Assembly: GCA_965198005.1 (NCBI GenBank)
Contig: CBDAOI010000002.1
Location: forward strand, 416,001 to 480,000
Source of the DNA: Spirochaetia bacterium
GTDB lineage: Bacteria; Spirochaetota; Spirochaetia; SZUA-6; Bin103
Length of the DNA stretch: 64,000 nt
Direction of reading: 5' to 3'
Part shown: one piece after another, positions 19,442 through 29,559 of the stretch
Numbering within the stretch: position 1 is the stretch's first letter
Layout: every line of letters begins with the position of its first letter
The notes under the pieces: generated by a model
Database searches by the model: none
Told to the model about the DNA's origin: nothing
Seen by the model: the letters and a program-made list of their open reading frames with translations, nothing else
Translations under genes and position numbers: made by a program

Positions 19442-20802
19442 GATTGCGCCTCCTCCGCGCCGGCCGCGGCGCGCTGGCCGAGCAGGTCCTTCACGCTGAT
19501 GCCGAATCCCTCCTCGAACCGGTGCAGGAAATCGACGAACGCCTCCGGGCCGCGGTTCAGCAATCCGTTCATGCCGCGCTCGTCATCCATGACTACCACG
19601 TTGTCCACCTTCAGCTCGCGCGCATAGCGCTCGTAGGCAGCGAACAGCGTCGGGAGCTGCTGCTGCACGAACAGGGCGATCTTCCCCGCTTCGCCGACGC
19701 CGGCCACCAGCTTCGCCTTCTGATCGAGCAGGTCGTTGTGGATCGACTCGACGATCTGCACCGCCTGGTTCTGACCGTCCGCCAGGATCTCGGCGGCGCG
19801 CCGTTTGGCGTCCGCCTCCAGCGTCACGTCCGAGACGTTCTTCAACTTGCGCAGCTCGACGGCAATCTCCTGCACGGCGCGCTCGCCCTCGCTGTCGGCG
19901 CGGGCAATGGCGCTGTCCGTCTCCAGTCTGATCCGTTCCACCGCCGCCGCGCACGTGCGGCGCAGCACCTCGAGCTCCTGCTGGGCGGCGATGATCTGCT
20001 CGTCGGCGGTGTTCTCGGCCACCGCCGCGCGCCGGTTGGCGTCCGACTCGGCCCGCTCTGCCTGCGCCTTCAGGCGCGCCTCCTCGATCTCCACCTCCTG
20101 CCGCTTCCGCGACAGGGTCTTGTTGGCCAGATTGGCGATGTAGTTCGACGTGTCCCAGATCTTCTGCAGCGACACCGACACGACCCGCATGCCGAACGTG
20201 CTGAGGTCCTGATTGCTGTCCCGCAGCAGCTCGGCGCGGAATTGGGCACGCTCGCCTTCCATGTCGTCGTCGTCGGGCTGAGCGTCGCTCCGCACCATAC
20301 TGCCGCGCTCGCCGGCACGGTCGCTCTCATCGACGCTCTCCACCATGCCGATCGCCTGCAACGGCGTGGTCTTGTTGAGGGCGCCGCGAAAGTTGCCGAC
20401 CATGGTCTGCTGAATCTGCTCCTGAATCTCGGCCCGCGACTTGCCCATGAGGCGTTCGACCGCCGAGTACAGCAACGTGTCGTCCTCGTGGTCGACACAG
20501 ACGCAGGCGGTGGCATCGGCGCCGACGGTGATCCCGTTGGCCGAGTTGACCCCGTCCACGCGCACGTCGATGGGAATGGTGCTCAAGCCCAGTCCCCGCA
20601 CGCTCTGGAAGAAGGGAACGACGAAGGTCCAGCCGCCGCGCTGCAGGCGGAAGCCGTAGCTCTTGCCGCGAACGCGGGTCTTGGCGCCGGTGACGACCAG
20701 GACCTGGTCCGGCGGACAGACGCGGATCACCGAGCGCAGCATGGCCACCACGAACACGAACGCGGCCACCGCGCCGATACCGCTGGCGATATATTCTTCC
20801 AT
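19438..20802 (-). CDS. Flotillin-like SPFH-domain protein
   Basis: VCPPDQVLVVTG, GGWTFVVP, SANGI.V...A..CV, coiled-coil tail; GGAGG upstream of ATG 20802. Confidence 0.88.
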   Translation of the reverse strand: MEEYIASGIGAVAAFVFVVAMLRSVIRVCPPDQVLVVTGAKTRVRGKSYGFRLQRGGWTFVVPFFQSVRGLGLSTIPIDVRVDGVNSANGITVGADATACVCVDHEDDTLLYSAVERLMGKSRAEIQEQIQQTMVGNFRGALNKTTPLQAIGMVESVDESDRAGERGSMVRSDAQPDDDDMEGERAQFRAELLRDSNQDLSTFGMRVVSVSLQKIWDTSNYIANLANKTLSRKRQEVEIEEARLKAQAERAESDANRRAAVAENTADEQIIAAQQELEVLRRTCAAAVERIRLETDSAIARADSEGERAVQEIAVELRKLKNVSDVTLEADAKRRAAEILADGQNQAVQIVESIHNDLLDQKAKLVAGVGEAGKIALFVQQQLPTLFAAYERYARELKVDNVVVMDDERGMNGLLNRGPEAFVDFLHRFEEGFGISVKDLLGQRAAAGAEEAQS

Positions 20803-20816
20803 TATTAATCCTCCCA

Positions 20817-21341
20817 TTATTGATCCTCCTCCCTGCGTACGAATACGCACTGTTCCGTGACACGCGCAATGACCACGCGGTCACCTGCGGCGAAGTGCTC
20901 TGCCGCGTCGTCGCCGCGGGCGTACCGTTCGGCGACGCTCTGGCCGAAGTGCACGCGTACCTTGCCCATGCTGCCGGCGGCGATCGGAACCATCACCGTT
21001 CCCGGTTCCATGAGCAGCTCGTCATCCCGCAACGTCGAGTCGAGCCGGGTACGCTGAAAGCGAAAGAACAGCCGCGCCAGGATCGCCATCGATGCGCCGC
21101 CGGCGACCGACCACAGCAGGCTGCCGGCGCGGCCGGAGCCGAACGCCCCCGCCGCCAGCCCGAAGGGACCGAAGCCGAGGCAGAAGTAGACCAGGGTACG
21201 CGCCCAGCGCAGGACCGACAGCACCGGCGCCCCGCCGCCGTCACCGGCGGCATCGCCGGAGCCGCTGCCGATCAGGCCGAGCAGGTCGATCACCGTCACG
21301 CCGACGCCGAATATGGCCGCGAACCAGAACAGCCCCTGCAC
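20817..21341 (-). CDS. NfeD-like membrane protein (SPFH operon partner)
   Basis: Three hydrophobic segments plus OB-fold-like 'GTVMVPI..G..GKVRV...GDRVVI..V...V.V'; RBS before GTG 21341. Confidence 0.8.
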   Translation of the reverse strand: MQGLFWFAAIFGVGVTVIDLLGLIGSGSGDAAGDGGGAPVLSVLRWARTLVYFCLGFGPFGLAAGAFGSGRAGSLLWSVAGGASMAILARLFFRFQRTRLDSTLRDDELLMEPGTVMVPIAAGSMGKVRVHFGQSVAERYARGDDAAEHFAAGDRVVIARVTEQCVFVRREEDQ

Positions 21342-21595
21342 CCAGCTCCCTCCTCGGCCGGCCGGCCGGTACGGAGAATCCCATCGACTCACCCGCCCCC
21401 CGGCGGGCAACCGCGACTCCGCGGCGACGATTGTACGCTATGATCGACCGGTGTGTTGAACACCACCCGCCGGCAGCGCCGGCCCCGCAGAAGTGACACG
21501 AGCAAGAGTATACTCTCGTCGCGACGACAACCATGCCGGTGGCGACACCGTCGCGGTGGCGGTGACGTTCAGCGGCCCCGTGGAGGTCTTGTGCT

Positions 21596-22492
21596 ATGAG
21601 TTCGCGTCCAGCAGCCGCGCAGCGCGTGAGCGATTCCAGCCAGCGCCTCAGCCAGCGGCCGGCGATCCGGTTGCAGCAGCGCCCGCCGAGCCTGACCGGG
21701 TTGGACATGACCCGGCTCGTGGCGCGCGGCGACTACGAGCCCCGGCTCAGCCGACTGCAGCACGATCTCAAGGAAGTTTCCCTGGCCTATCGGGCGCAAG
21801 GGCGGCGGGCGGTGGTGGTATTCGAGGGCTGGGACGCGGCGGGCAAGGGGGGCATCATCCGGCGCATGGGGTGGCCGCTCGATCCGCGCGGCTTCAAGGT
21901 GTGGGCCATTGCCGCGCCGACCCCCGAGGAGAAGGGGCAGCACTACCTCTACCGGTTCTGGCGGCGCATGCCCCATCCGGGGCAACTGGTGATCTTCGAC
22001 CGCTCCTGGTACGGCCGCGTGCTGGTGGAACGGATCGAGGGTTTCGCCACCGAGGCCGAATGGCGCCGCGCCTACGCGGAGATCAACGACTTCGAGCGGT
22101 TGCTGGCCGACGACGGCACGCGCATGGTCAAGATTTTCCTCCACGTCACGCCTGACGAGCAGCTCAAGCGGTTCCGCGCCCGTCTGAACGACCCGCTGAA
22201 GCGCTGGAAGCTGTCGGCCGAGGATCTGCGCAACCGGGCGCGCTGGTCCGACTACGAGACGGCCATCGAAGATATGTTCCTCAACACTTCGACCGTCGCC
22301 CACCCGTGGCACGTGGTCGCCGCCAACGACAAGAGGTACGCCCGCCTGGCGGCGATCGGGACCGTGGTACGGCGTCTGGCCAAGGGCGTGAACCTCACTC
22401 CCGCCAGCCTCGCCCCCGACTTCGCCCGCCATGCACGCGCCGCGCTCGGACTCCCGCCGGACGCCGCCGATGGCTCCTTCAAGCCCCTTTAA
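21596..22492 (+). CDS. Polyphosphate kinase 2 family protein
   Basis: FEGWDAAGKGG, FDRSWYGRVLVERIEG, KIFLHV..DEQ..RF, PW.VV.ANDK. Confidence 0.93.
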   Translation: MSSRPAAAQRVSDSSQRLSQRPAIRLQQRPPSLTGLDMTRLVARGDYEPRLSRLQHDLKEVSLAYRAQGRRAVVVFEGWDAAGKGGIIRRMGWPLDPRGFKVWAIAAPTPEEKGQHYLYRFWRRMPHPGQLVIFDRSWYGRVLVERIEGFATEAEWRRAYAEINDFERLLADDGTRMVKIFLHVTPDEQLKRFRARLNDPLKRWKLSAEDLRNRARWSDYETAIEDMFLNTSTVAHPWHVVAANDKRYARLAAIGTVVRRLAKGVNLTPASLAPDFARHARAALGLPPDAADGSFKPL

Positions 22493-23170
22493 GCCCCTTC
22501 AAGCCGGACTTGGCGCCGGCGGCACCGAGACGACCCACACCACCCCTGAGCCTGGGATCAAGCAGGTCTCTCACGGCATCGCCGAACATGTTGAGACTGT
22601 AGACCGTAATCGTCAGGCACAGACCAGGGGCCAGAGAGCCAGCCGTGGCGCCTGCTCCATGTACTGACGCCCTCCCCGGCTGAGCAGACTGCCCCAGCTT
22701 GGAACTTCCGGTGGCAGACCGAATCCGAGGAAGCTCAGAGAAGCCTCGGATCGGCAACTGCATGCCGATCAGCGTAACTACCGGGATGAGGGCATTCTTG
22801 ACGGCGTGCCTCAGGACCACTACCCGCTCCCTGAAACCCTTGGACCAGGCCGTCCGGATGTAGTCTTGCCGGAGCACTTCCAGCATCATGGTGCGGGTCA
22901 TCCGCATGGTGGCTGCAGACATGGTCGTCCCCACAACCAGGCTGGGAATGATGAACACCGCGAGGTTCCCCAGCGGGTCTTCCGAGAGAGGAACCAGCCG
23001 CATCGGCGGCGACCAAGCCCACCAGATGGCCGGGTAGATCATGACCATGATTCCCAGCCAGAAGTTGGGCGTTGCCAGGCCGATGATGGCGGCGGAGCGC
23101 CCCACGTAGTCGACGGCCGTATCCTGGCGCATCGCGGAGTAGATGCCGACCGGAAGGGCTATCATCAGCC
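22489..23170 (-). pseudogene. Chimeric DppB-middle / DppC-3' ABC permease fragments
   Basis: IALPVGIYSA...MRMTRTMMLEVLRQDY...MQLPI joined at ~22750 to EASLSFLGFG...DLLDPRLRG. Confidence 0.85.
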
Positions 23171-23260
23171 CCGGGGTACGTGCGGGCCGGGCATCGAGCC
23201 GCGAACGGCAATTGCTTCGGGGTGCCGACGCCGTAGGACTCCTGGCGAAGGGATGGGAGG

Positions 23261-23300
23261 GGCCAAAAGCGGCGCCTCGGGCGGCGGTATTGGGGCGCTC
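23261..23300. repeat. Short dispersed GC-rich repeat (copies 33411-33440 and 60261-60299, opposite orientation)
   Basis: GGCCAAAAGCGGCGCC(T/C)CGG(G)CGGCGGT(A/T)TTGGGGCGCT. Confidence 0.65.
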
Positions 23301-23529
23301 GGCGGATGCCGGCACCTGCCTCGTGCCTCGCACCGCCTCGCGGGGCCGTAGTCGGCGAAGCAGCGAGTCTGAATGGCCGGCTGGCCGGCAACGCCAGCCG
23401 TGGGTTTTGCCGGCAGTCCGTCGCGGGCGCGGAGCCGCGACGGTTGCGGTCGCCGGGAAGCGCTCGGGCGGTCTGCATACGGGTTCGGCGATGGACCGAG
23501 CCAGCGCCACCGGTAGCTAACGACCCCAC

Positions 23530-23826
23530 CTACTCGGCCGGTAGTTCCAGCGTATCCAACCCCGCCAGTAGTAACTCTCCGCTGGCGTTACCAGCGGCAC
23601 CCAACGCGGCAAGTCGGTCGAGGGCGTCCCAGAGCGTCACCCCCAGTAGACCGGCGGCTTGCCGTAGGGTGACCTCGCCCGCTCGGAACTGACCGGCGAC
23701 GTACGCTTCAAAACCCATCCGCGCCAGTTTACGCAACGACTGTGCCTGCTCGGCGTGTTCCCGCTCGGCGACATACCGGACGGCTGCGTCGATATCCTCG
23801 GTAATGCGTATGCTGCGAACACTCAT
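23530..23826 (-). CDS. UPF0175-like antitoxin/HTH protein
   Basis: 'SIRI...D.AV..VA..E....SLRKL...F..G.VTL.QAA.LLG' next to a PIN gene. Confidence 0.7.
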   Translation of the reverse strand: MSVRSIRITEDIDAAVRYVAEREHAEQAQSLRKLARMGFEAYVAGQFRAGEVTLRQAAGLLGVTLWDALDRLAALGAAGNASGELLLAGLDTLELPAE

Positions 23827-24287
23827 TGCTTAAGTCCCCTCAGTAGGTGGCGAACGATCTGGTACTCGTCACTGCTGATGGACGGCTGAAGACGCTGCAG
23901 CAATCGCTCGGCCTCTTGGTGCGAAAGCTGGCCGAGCTTGGCCAGCTCGTAGAGCAGAAGGCCAGGCACGACACAGGGGATGCCCAGTGTCGTCAGACGA
24001 CTGATCAGCCGTCGGTCGTCGGTTGCGACGCAGTCGAAGCGTCCGGCCCGAAAGGCAGGCGCGAGAGCGCTGTCCCCAGACTCCTCAGCGACCGCCCGTA
24101 CCTCTATTCGGCGTGCCCCGATATTCGTGGCAATCAGTTCCGACTCAGCGCGCCCGGAGCCTTGGACCACGACCTCCTTCACGACCGGCTCTGGCACGAC
24201 CACCTTGAAGGCCCGGAGGGCAGCCTCCTTGTATCCCGCCCGAGTGATCTTGATAAGGCAGTCTGAGTCCATGAGCACGCGAAGCAC
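23823..24287 (-). CDS. PIN-domain protein
   Basis: VLMDSDCLIK, VP.PVV.EVV, GD..L, VATDDRRL. Confidence 0.75.
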   Translation of the reverse strand: MLRVLMDSDCLIKITRAGYKEAALRAFKVVVPEPVVKEVVVQGSGRAESELIATNIGARRIEVRAVAEESGDSALAPAFRAGRFDCVATDDRRLISRLTTLGIPCVVPGLLLYELAKLGQLSHQEAERLLQRLQPSISSDEYQIVRHLLRGLKQ

Positions 24288-24354
24288 GTAGTGGATTGTA
24301 GCCCAAGAGTGACGACGCCGCAAGACTTCGTTCTGTACGTGCGGCGTGCGGGCG

Positions 24355-24705
24355 ATATCCCGCGTGTGCTCACCCAGCACCGGAGCCTGGCCGGCGGCGA
24401 ATGGCAGCGACACGGGACTGCCGTCACGGCTCCGTCTGGTGCCGTCCAGGAAGGCGCTGTTCTCGATCTTTATGACATCCGCCCCTTGATCGGCAAGCAG
24501 GCGCGACTGCTGGACCTGCGCAACCCGCCGGCACCCGCCTGGAAACGGTCGGCCGCGCACGCACGGGTCGGCCCGGCGGCGGCGAAAGCGAAGGATGCCG
24601 GCGCCGGGGGGATCGAACGCGAAGACATCTGGGCCCGACCCGTTGGCTCCGGTACCGAGCCGAGCCCCACCACCCCGCAGCCGCGGGTCGAGCAGGTCTT
24701 TCAAC
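24355..24705 (-). pseudogene. Fragments of a CaiB/BaiF CoA-transferase and a DppC 3' end
   Basis: LLADQGADVIKIEN and APVLGEHT joined; DLLDPRLRGGG at ~24640-24705. Confidence 0.7.
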
Positions 24706-24901
24706 GCCGAGCACGCGCCACGCAGGGCGCCGGGTGTCGCTGTCCTGGTAGTTGACGGAGTGATGCCGCAGGCGAGGGCGTGCGCAGGAGTACACGCACG
24801 CGCGGCGCGCGCCGCTCGGTCGGCCGGAGCGGTTGGTTGTTTCTCGGGTGAATGAAAGTCGGGGGGGGGGGGCATAAGCGCTAACTTCAGACTTCCTGAC
24901 C

Positions 24902-27173
24902 TCAGGCGGAATCAGGTGACACTTCTGGCGGCGGATTACCGGCCAACTGGTAGACGAGCCTGAGTTCGGTGCCGGGATAGATCGTGTTGGTTCCGTTGAG
25001 TTCCTCGACCAGGGGAGCGAGCATGCGGTCGCAAGCGTCGCTGCCGAGGCCGAGAAGCTGGATCCGCAGAATCCCCTTGGCAGGCTCCGGGATGATGTTG
25101 GCGTCGGAGGTCAGCAACGCGCGCAGCAGCCTGCGGGCATTCGGTTTCTTGCCCTGGGCGCTGATCACGGGCGCCATCATGCGGGTCTCCGCGCGATAGG
25201 CGATCATCCGCACCACGTCCATGAACAGGCGCCCGCCAACCGGCAGGGCGTCCAGCCGGTCCTGCTCCGACAGGTCGCCGGCGCGGACATGGGTCGGGGT
25301 GTCGGCCCGCTCCTGCCTGAGTGCATCGAGTCGTTCGTCCAGCGCCTGGGCGTCAGCTTCAAGGCGGGTGGCGGTGTCCCGGTTGGGTTCCTTCAGTGCC
25401 ACGGCGAGGCGATTGCGGGCCGCTGACAAGCGGCTGCGTACCTGCCTGATGGTCTTTTCGAGGGCGCGGCGCACGGGGTTCACGACCTGTGCGTCGGGGT
25501 CAATCGGATCAAGGTCATGGGTGGGCAGGGAGTCGAGGTTGAACTGCTCGCGCAGGTACTTGAAGAAGTTCTCCTGCGACCAGCGCGAGAACATGGCGCC
25601 GGCGACCTGCTCCAAGGGCATCTGCGGATGGGTGGTGATCACTGGCACTTGGCGACCGGTGGCGAGCCGGCGCCGGATCTGGCGGACCGTGAGCCCGTTG
25701 CGCAGTACGATCGGTTTCTCGGCGAGGTCAACGGTGGTGGCACTGGTTCCAGCGGGCGCATGGATCGGTACCTCGAGCGGGTGGAAGTCCTCCTCCGGCC
25801 AGTCCTCGCCCGTGAAGTTCTTGTGCCAGGTGATGCAGGCGATGCCGCGCCGGGCCAGCCGCTTGAACAGGTCTGGGCTCCAGCCCTCGCGGTCGAACAC
25901 CAGGGTGAGCGCCGGCGCACCGGCTTCCGGCTGGGTCAGGTCGGGGGCCGCTTCCGGCACCACCCCCAGTTGCAGCAGGTGCGGCACCACGTCCTGTTCG
26001 AGCGCCTTGACCAACTTCGGGTCAAGCGCCTTGTGCAGGCACAGCAGGGGCGTGCCACCCAGGGCGTTGATCCAGTAGCTCACGGACGCCGGCAAACACA
26101 GCTTCTGGCGCGCGACGAAGTGTTTCGGCAGCCGACCGTTGCGCCCGGTGTATACCTTCACGTGGCCGTCGACGGCCAGCGTCGCCCAGTCGTCCTGGTG
26201 CTCGGTGGCCCAGGTACGAGCCAGTGCCGATTGCCAATCGCGCACGGTGTGCTCGGCGCTGGTGAGCAGCCTGAGCTTGCGGCGGAGGGTCTTGGTCTCG
26301 GGGCCGCGGTCGAGGCCGAGGATCGCGCCCCATGGGCGCGTGCAGGTCTCGCGGGTCGCCACTCGGGCCACGGCACGATCGGTGGGTCAGGAAGATGTGT
26401 CGTAGGCGGAACGTCCGACGCTGGGGGCGTGAGTCGGCGACGGACGCCGCTTGATGTGTCTGCGGAGCGTCCCGGCGCTGGGGGCGTGATCGGCGCCGCG
26501 GCAGGCTGGGGCGCGTGATCGGCGGCGGAGCTTGATGTGTCTGCGGAGCGTCCACGCTGGGGGCGTGATCGGCGGACCGGAGCTTGATGTGTCTGCGGAG
26601 CGTCCACGCTGGGGGCGTGATCGGCGGACGGAGCTTGATGTGTCTGCGGAGCGTCCACGCTGGGGGCGTGATCGGCGACCGGAGCTTGGTGCGTTTGCGG
26701 AGCGTCCACGCTCCCGGTGTGCGTCCGCGCGGGCTCGACGATGACGCCGGCGCGGCGGTTCGCTTTGAAAGTGGTCGCCGCGATGCCGAGGTGCCGTGCA
26801 CACGCGTTGCCGCTCATCCCGGAGGCGAGCAGTTTGGCGGCCTGGTCGGCCATCTGGGCGTCGACGACGGTGCGCCCGCGCCTCCGTAGCGGCCCGTAAA
26901 ACGCGTCTTCGCCGTGCTCCCGATAGCGTCTGACTGCGCGCGCCACGGTCGGTCGCGAGACCTGGAAGGCACGCATGAGGTCGCGTTGGCGGACCCCGGA
27001 GACGACCTGCAGCTTGGCGGCGCGCAGCAGCATGGCGCGGCGGTCGCCGGCCGGGTGGCAGTCGTAGGGTTCGAGGTTGTAGAAGTAGTAGGTGATGCCG
27101 GCACGGGTCTGCATGGCGTGCTGGTCGCCGATCGGGGTGGCGTCGGGAAGGGAGAACGGGAGGGAGAGGATCA
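24902..27173 (-). pseudogene. Transposase, disrupted (HTH N-terminus, repeat expansion, internal deletion)
   Basis: HTH 'VSRPTVARAVRRYRE.G'; catalytic part VDGHVKVY, FDREG, RWSQENFFKY; frames broken at ~26330-26580. Confidence 0.85.
26405..26712. repeat. ~51-bp tandem repeat (about 5-6 units, degenerate toward the left) within the transposase linker
   Basis: GCTTGATGTGTCTGCGGAGCGTCCACGCTGGGGGCGTGATCGGCGGACGGA, encoding SVDAPQTHQAPSADHAP. Confidence 0.9.
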
Positions 27174-27340
27174 TGGGAGTGCCCCAAACATGTATCATCA
27201 TATATGGCCCTATTGAACCATGGTATGTCAAGCGAAAAGACTGTATGGGAGAGCAGAAATGCCCGAAAACCGGGTTATTGGAGCGTTCCAGCGACTAACG
27301 CGGGAGCCGGTCAGCGCACCATGTCAGGAAGTCTGAACTT

Positions 27341-27510
27341 GTTGTGGGGGCCTACAGGGGCCATGCATGACTTTACTGTGCGACCGTACCACGGACGTGC
27401 GACTCGGATCAACCAGCCGCGTCGAAAAATCGAAGAAATCTGACGGCTCATGGCCCTACGGTGCGACCGTACCACGGACCTGCGACTCGCGTCAACCACC
27501 TGCGTCGAAG
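27341..27510 (-). repeat. Dispersed module with two tandem ~60-bp promoter-like units (second copy 60043-60205)
   Basis: Each unit reads TTGA(C/T)N-18-TACGGT...ATG on the minus strand. Confidence 0.75.
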
Positions 27511-27836
27511 AACAGCGATTCTCAAGGAACGGCTAGTAGAGGGGCAGAGATGCATCATAAACAGTACCGGCCGTGACCCCGGTGGCGAAGGCGCCCGGAT
27601 CCACCAGGAACCGTCCGGTCCAGCTCTTCGCCGGTGCGGCGGGATTGCGGATCGTCACGTCTACGTACGTCGCTCCCATGGTTGTGCGATTACCATAGGA
27701 GCGTAGGCGTGACTGGTCAACTGGCCCCGCTCGACAGAGGCTGCTACTCCATCTGGTGCATTCTCATGGTACACTCCGCACCGTAGCGCGGGGCCCACCC
27801 GACCGTCGCCACGCGAGGATCGCAACCATCGAAACC

Positions 27837-29408
27837 ATGCGTTCGTTCAACACCGCCGGTCCCGTCAATCCGACCGATCATTACCTGATCGCGCCGTTGT
27901 CGAGGATCGATCTGGACGAAGTGCTCGGCTTGGTGCGTGACAAGAAGTACTTCGTGCTGCACGCGCCGCGGCAAACCGGCAAGACGTCGGCGCTGCTGGC
28001 GCTGGCCGAAGTGCTGAACGAGCGGGGCTACGGTTGCGTTTACGTTACGGTCGAAACCGCTCGCACGGCCCGCGACGACGTGCAACGGGCTATGCGCACG
28101 GTGCTCGTCAGGCTGGCGTCGCAGGCGCGGGCGACGCTGGATGACGGCTTTCTGGACGACATCTGGCCGGACCTTCTGGCGCGAGTCGGTGCGGACGAGG
28201 CACTGGGCGAAGCGCTGTCTCGCTGGGCGGAGGCGTCGCCGCGGCCGCTGGTGCTGCTGATCGACGAGATCGACACGCTGGTGGGCGATTCGCTGCTGTC
28301 GGTGCTCCAGCAGCTCCGCGCCGGCTATCCCGGCCGCCCGGCACGCTTCCCGCACAGCGTGGTCCTGTGCGGCATGCGCGACCTGCGCGACTACCGCATG
28401 GGCGCTGCCGGCAGCCCGTTCAACATCGCCGCCGCGTCGCTGCGGCTGGGCGACTTCTCGCGCGAGCAGACGCTGGCGCTGCTGGGCCAGCACACCGCAG
28501 AGACCGGCCAGACGTTCGCCCCGGCGGCGCTGGAGGCGGTGTGGACGCAGACCCGCGGCCAGCCGTGGCTGGTGAACGCACTGGCGTACGGGACGTGCTT
28601 CAAGAACAAGACGCTGCGCGACGACCGTTCCCGTACGGTGACCGACGACGACGTCGCCGCGGTGCGCGAGGACCTCATCGTAAACCGGGTGACGCACCTG
28701 GACTACCTGGCGGACAAGCTGCGCGAGGATCGCGTGCGGCGGGTAATCGAGCCGATGCTGAGCGGTACCCACCGGCACGCCTTCACGGACCGCGATGTCC
28801 AGTACGCGCGCGACCTGGGGCTGGTGGCCCGCGACGCGCCGTTGCGGGTGGCCAACCCGATCTACGCCGAAGTGCTGCCGCGCGAACTCGCGTGGGTGGC
28901 GCAGGAAACGCTGGAGCTGTCGCCGCCGCGGTACCTGAGGACGGACGGCAGCCTGGACGCGGAGTTGCTGATGGCGGAGTTCCAGAGCTTCTTCCGCCGC
29001 CACTCCGAGCACTGGAGGAACCGCTTCGCCTACGCGGAGGCGTGGCCGCAGTTGCTCCTGCAGGCGTACTTGCAGCGCGTCGTGAACGGCGGCGGCCGCA
29101 TCGAGCGGGAGTACGCGCTGGGCAGCGGCCGGGTGGACCTGCTGATCGTGTGGCCGCTGGCGGACCGGGTGCAGGAGTTCGTGGTGGAGTGCAAGGTAGT
29201 GCGCGAGCACGACGGGCTGGAGAGCGTCGTGGCCGAGGGCGTGGAGCAGACGGCGCGGTACGTGGACCGCAGCGGGGCAGAAGCGGGGCACCTGGTCGTG
29301 ATCGACCAGCGGGAAAACCGGACCTGGGAGGAGAAGGTATTTCACCTCCGGCGCCGCGGCGGCGCGGTGGCGGCCGGCACGGCGCCGGTCGACGTGTGGG
29401 GCATGTGA
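27837..29408 (+). CDS. AAA-like ATPase with C-terminal PD-(D/E)xK-like domain
   Basis: FNTAGP, HAPRQTGKT, LLIDEID, GQPWLVNAL, IEREYALGSGRVDL...VECK. Confidence 0.9.
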   Translation: MRSFNTAGPVNPTDHYLIAPLSRIDLDEVLGLVRDKKYFVLHAPRQTGKTSALLALAEVLNERGYGCVYVTVETARTARDDVQRAMRTVLVRLASQARATLDDGFLDDIWPDLLARVGADEALGEALSRWAEASPRPLVLLIDEIDTLVGDSLLSVLQQLRAGYPGRPARFPHSVVLCGMRDLRDYRMGAAGSPFNIAAASLRLGDFSREQTLALLGQHTAETGQTFAPAALEAVWTQTRGQPWLVNALAYGTCFKNKTLRDDRSRTVTDDDVAAVREDLIVNRVTHLDYLADKLREDRVRRVIEPMLSGTHRHAFTDRDVQYARDLGLVARDAPLRVANPIYAEVLPRELAWVAQETLELSPPRYLRTDGSLDAELLMAEFQSFFRRHSEHWRNRFAYAEAWPQLLLQAYLQRVVNGGGRIEREYALGSGRVDLLIVWPLADRVQEFVVECKVVREHDGLESVVAEGVEQTARYVDRSGAEAGHLVVIDQRENRTWEEKVFHLRRRGGAVAAGTAPVDVWGM

Positions 29409-29559
29409 CGGGCTTGTTCGCTGCCGGGCTTCACCGGCGACAGCCGAGTGATCACCCATGGGAGTGTAGCCGGGCGTGGCGGCCTACAACGGCGCCTCTG
29501 ATGTCTGATCTGACGGTGACAATTGACTCAGCGATGGTCCAGGGGGCAATCTTCTACCC

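Larger units (their letters stand above)
24888..27335 (-). mobile_element. Insertion sequence (unclassified DDE-type) with 13-bp terminal inverted repeats and 5-bp target-site duplication
   Basis: CAGACTTCCTGAC (24888-24900) / GTCAGGAAGTCTG (27323-27335) flanked by AACTT; empty site seen at 60029-60050. Confidence 0.92.

Noticed and set aside
26405-26712. Possible CRISPR array
   Set aside because: Units are contiguous ~51-bp tandem repeats without unique spacers, lie inside a transposase, and no cas genes are present.
27366-27510. Mini-CRISPR (two ~60-bp repeats with a spacer)
   Set aside because: Only two units, too long, the 'spacer' is largely the same in the 60043-60205 copy, and each unit reads as a promoter + ATG.
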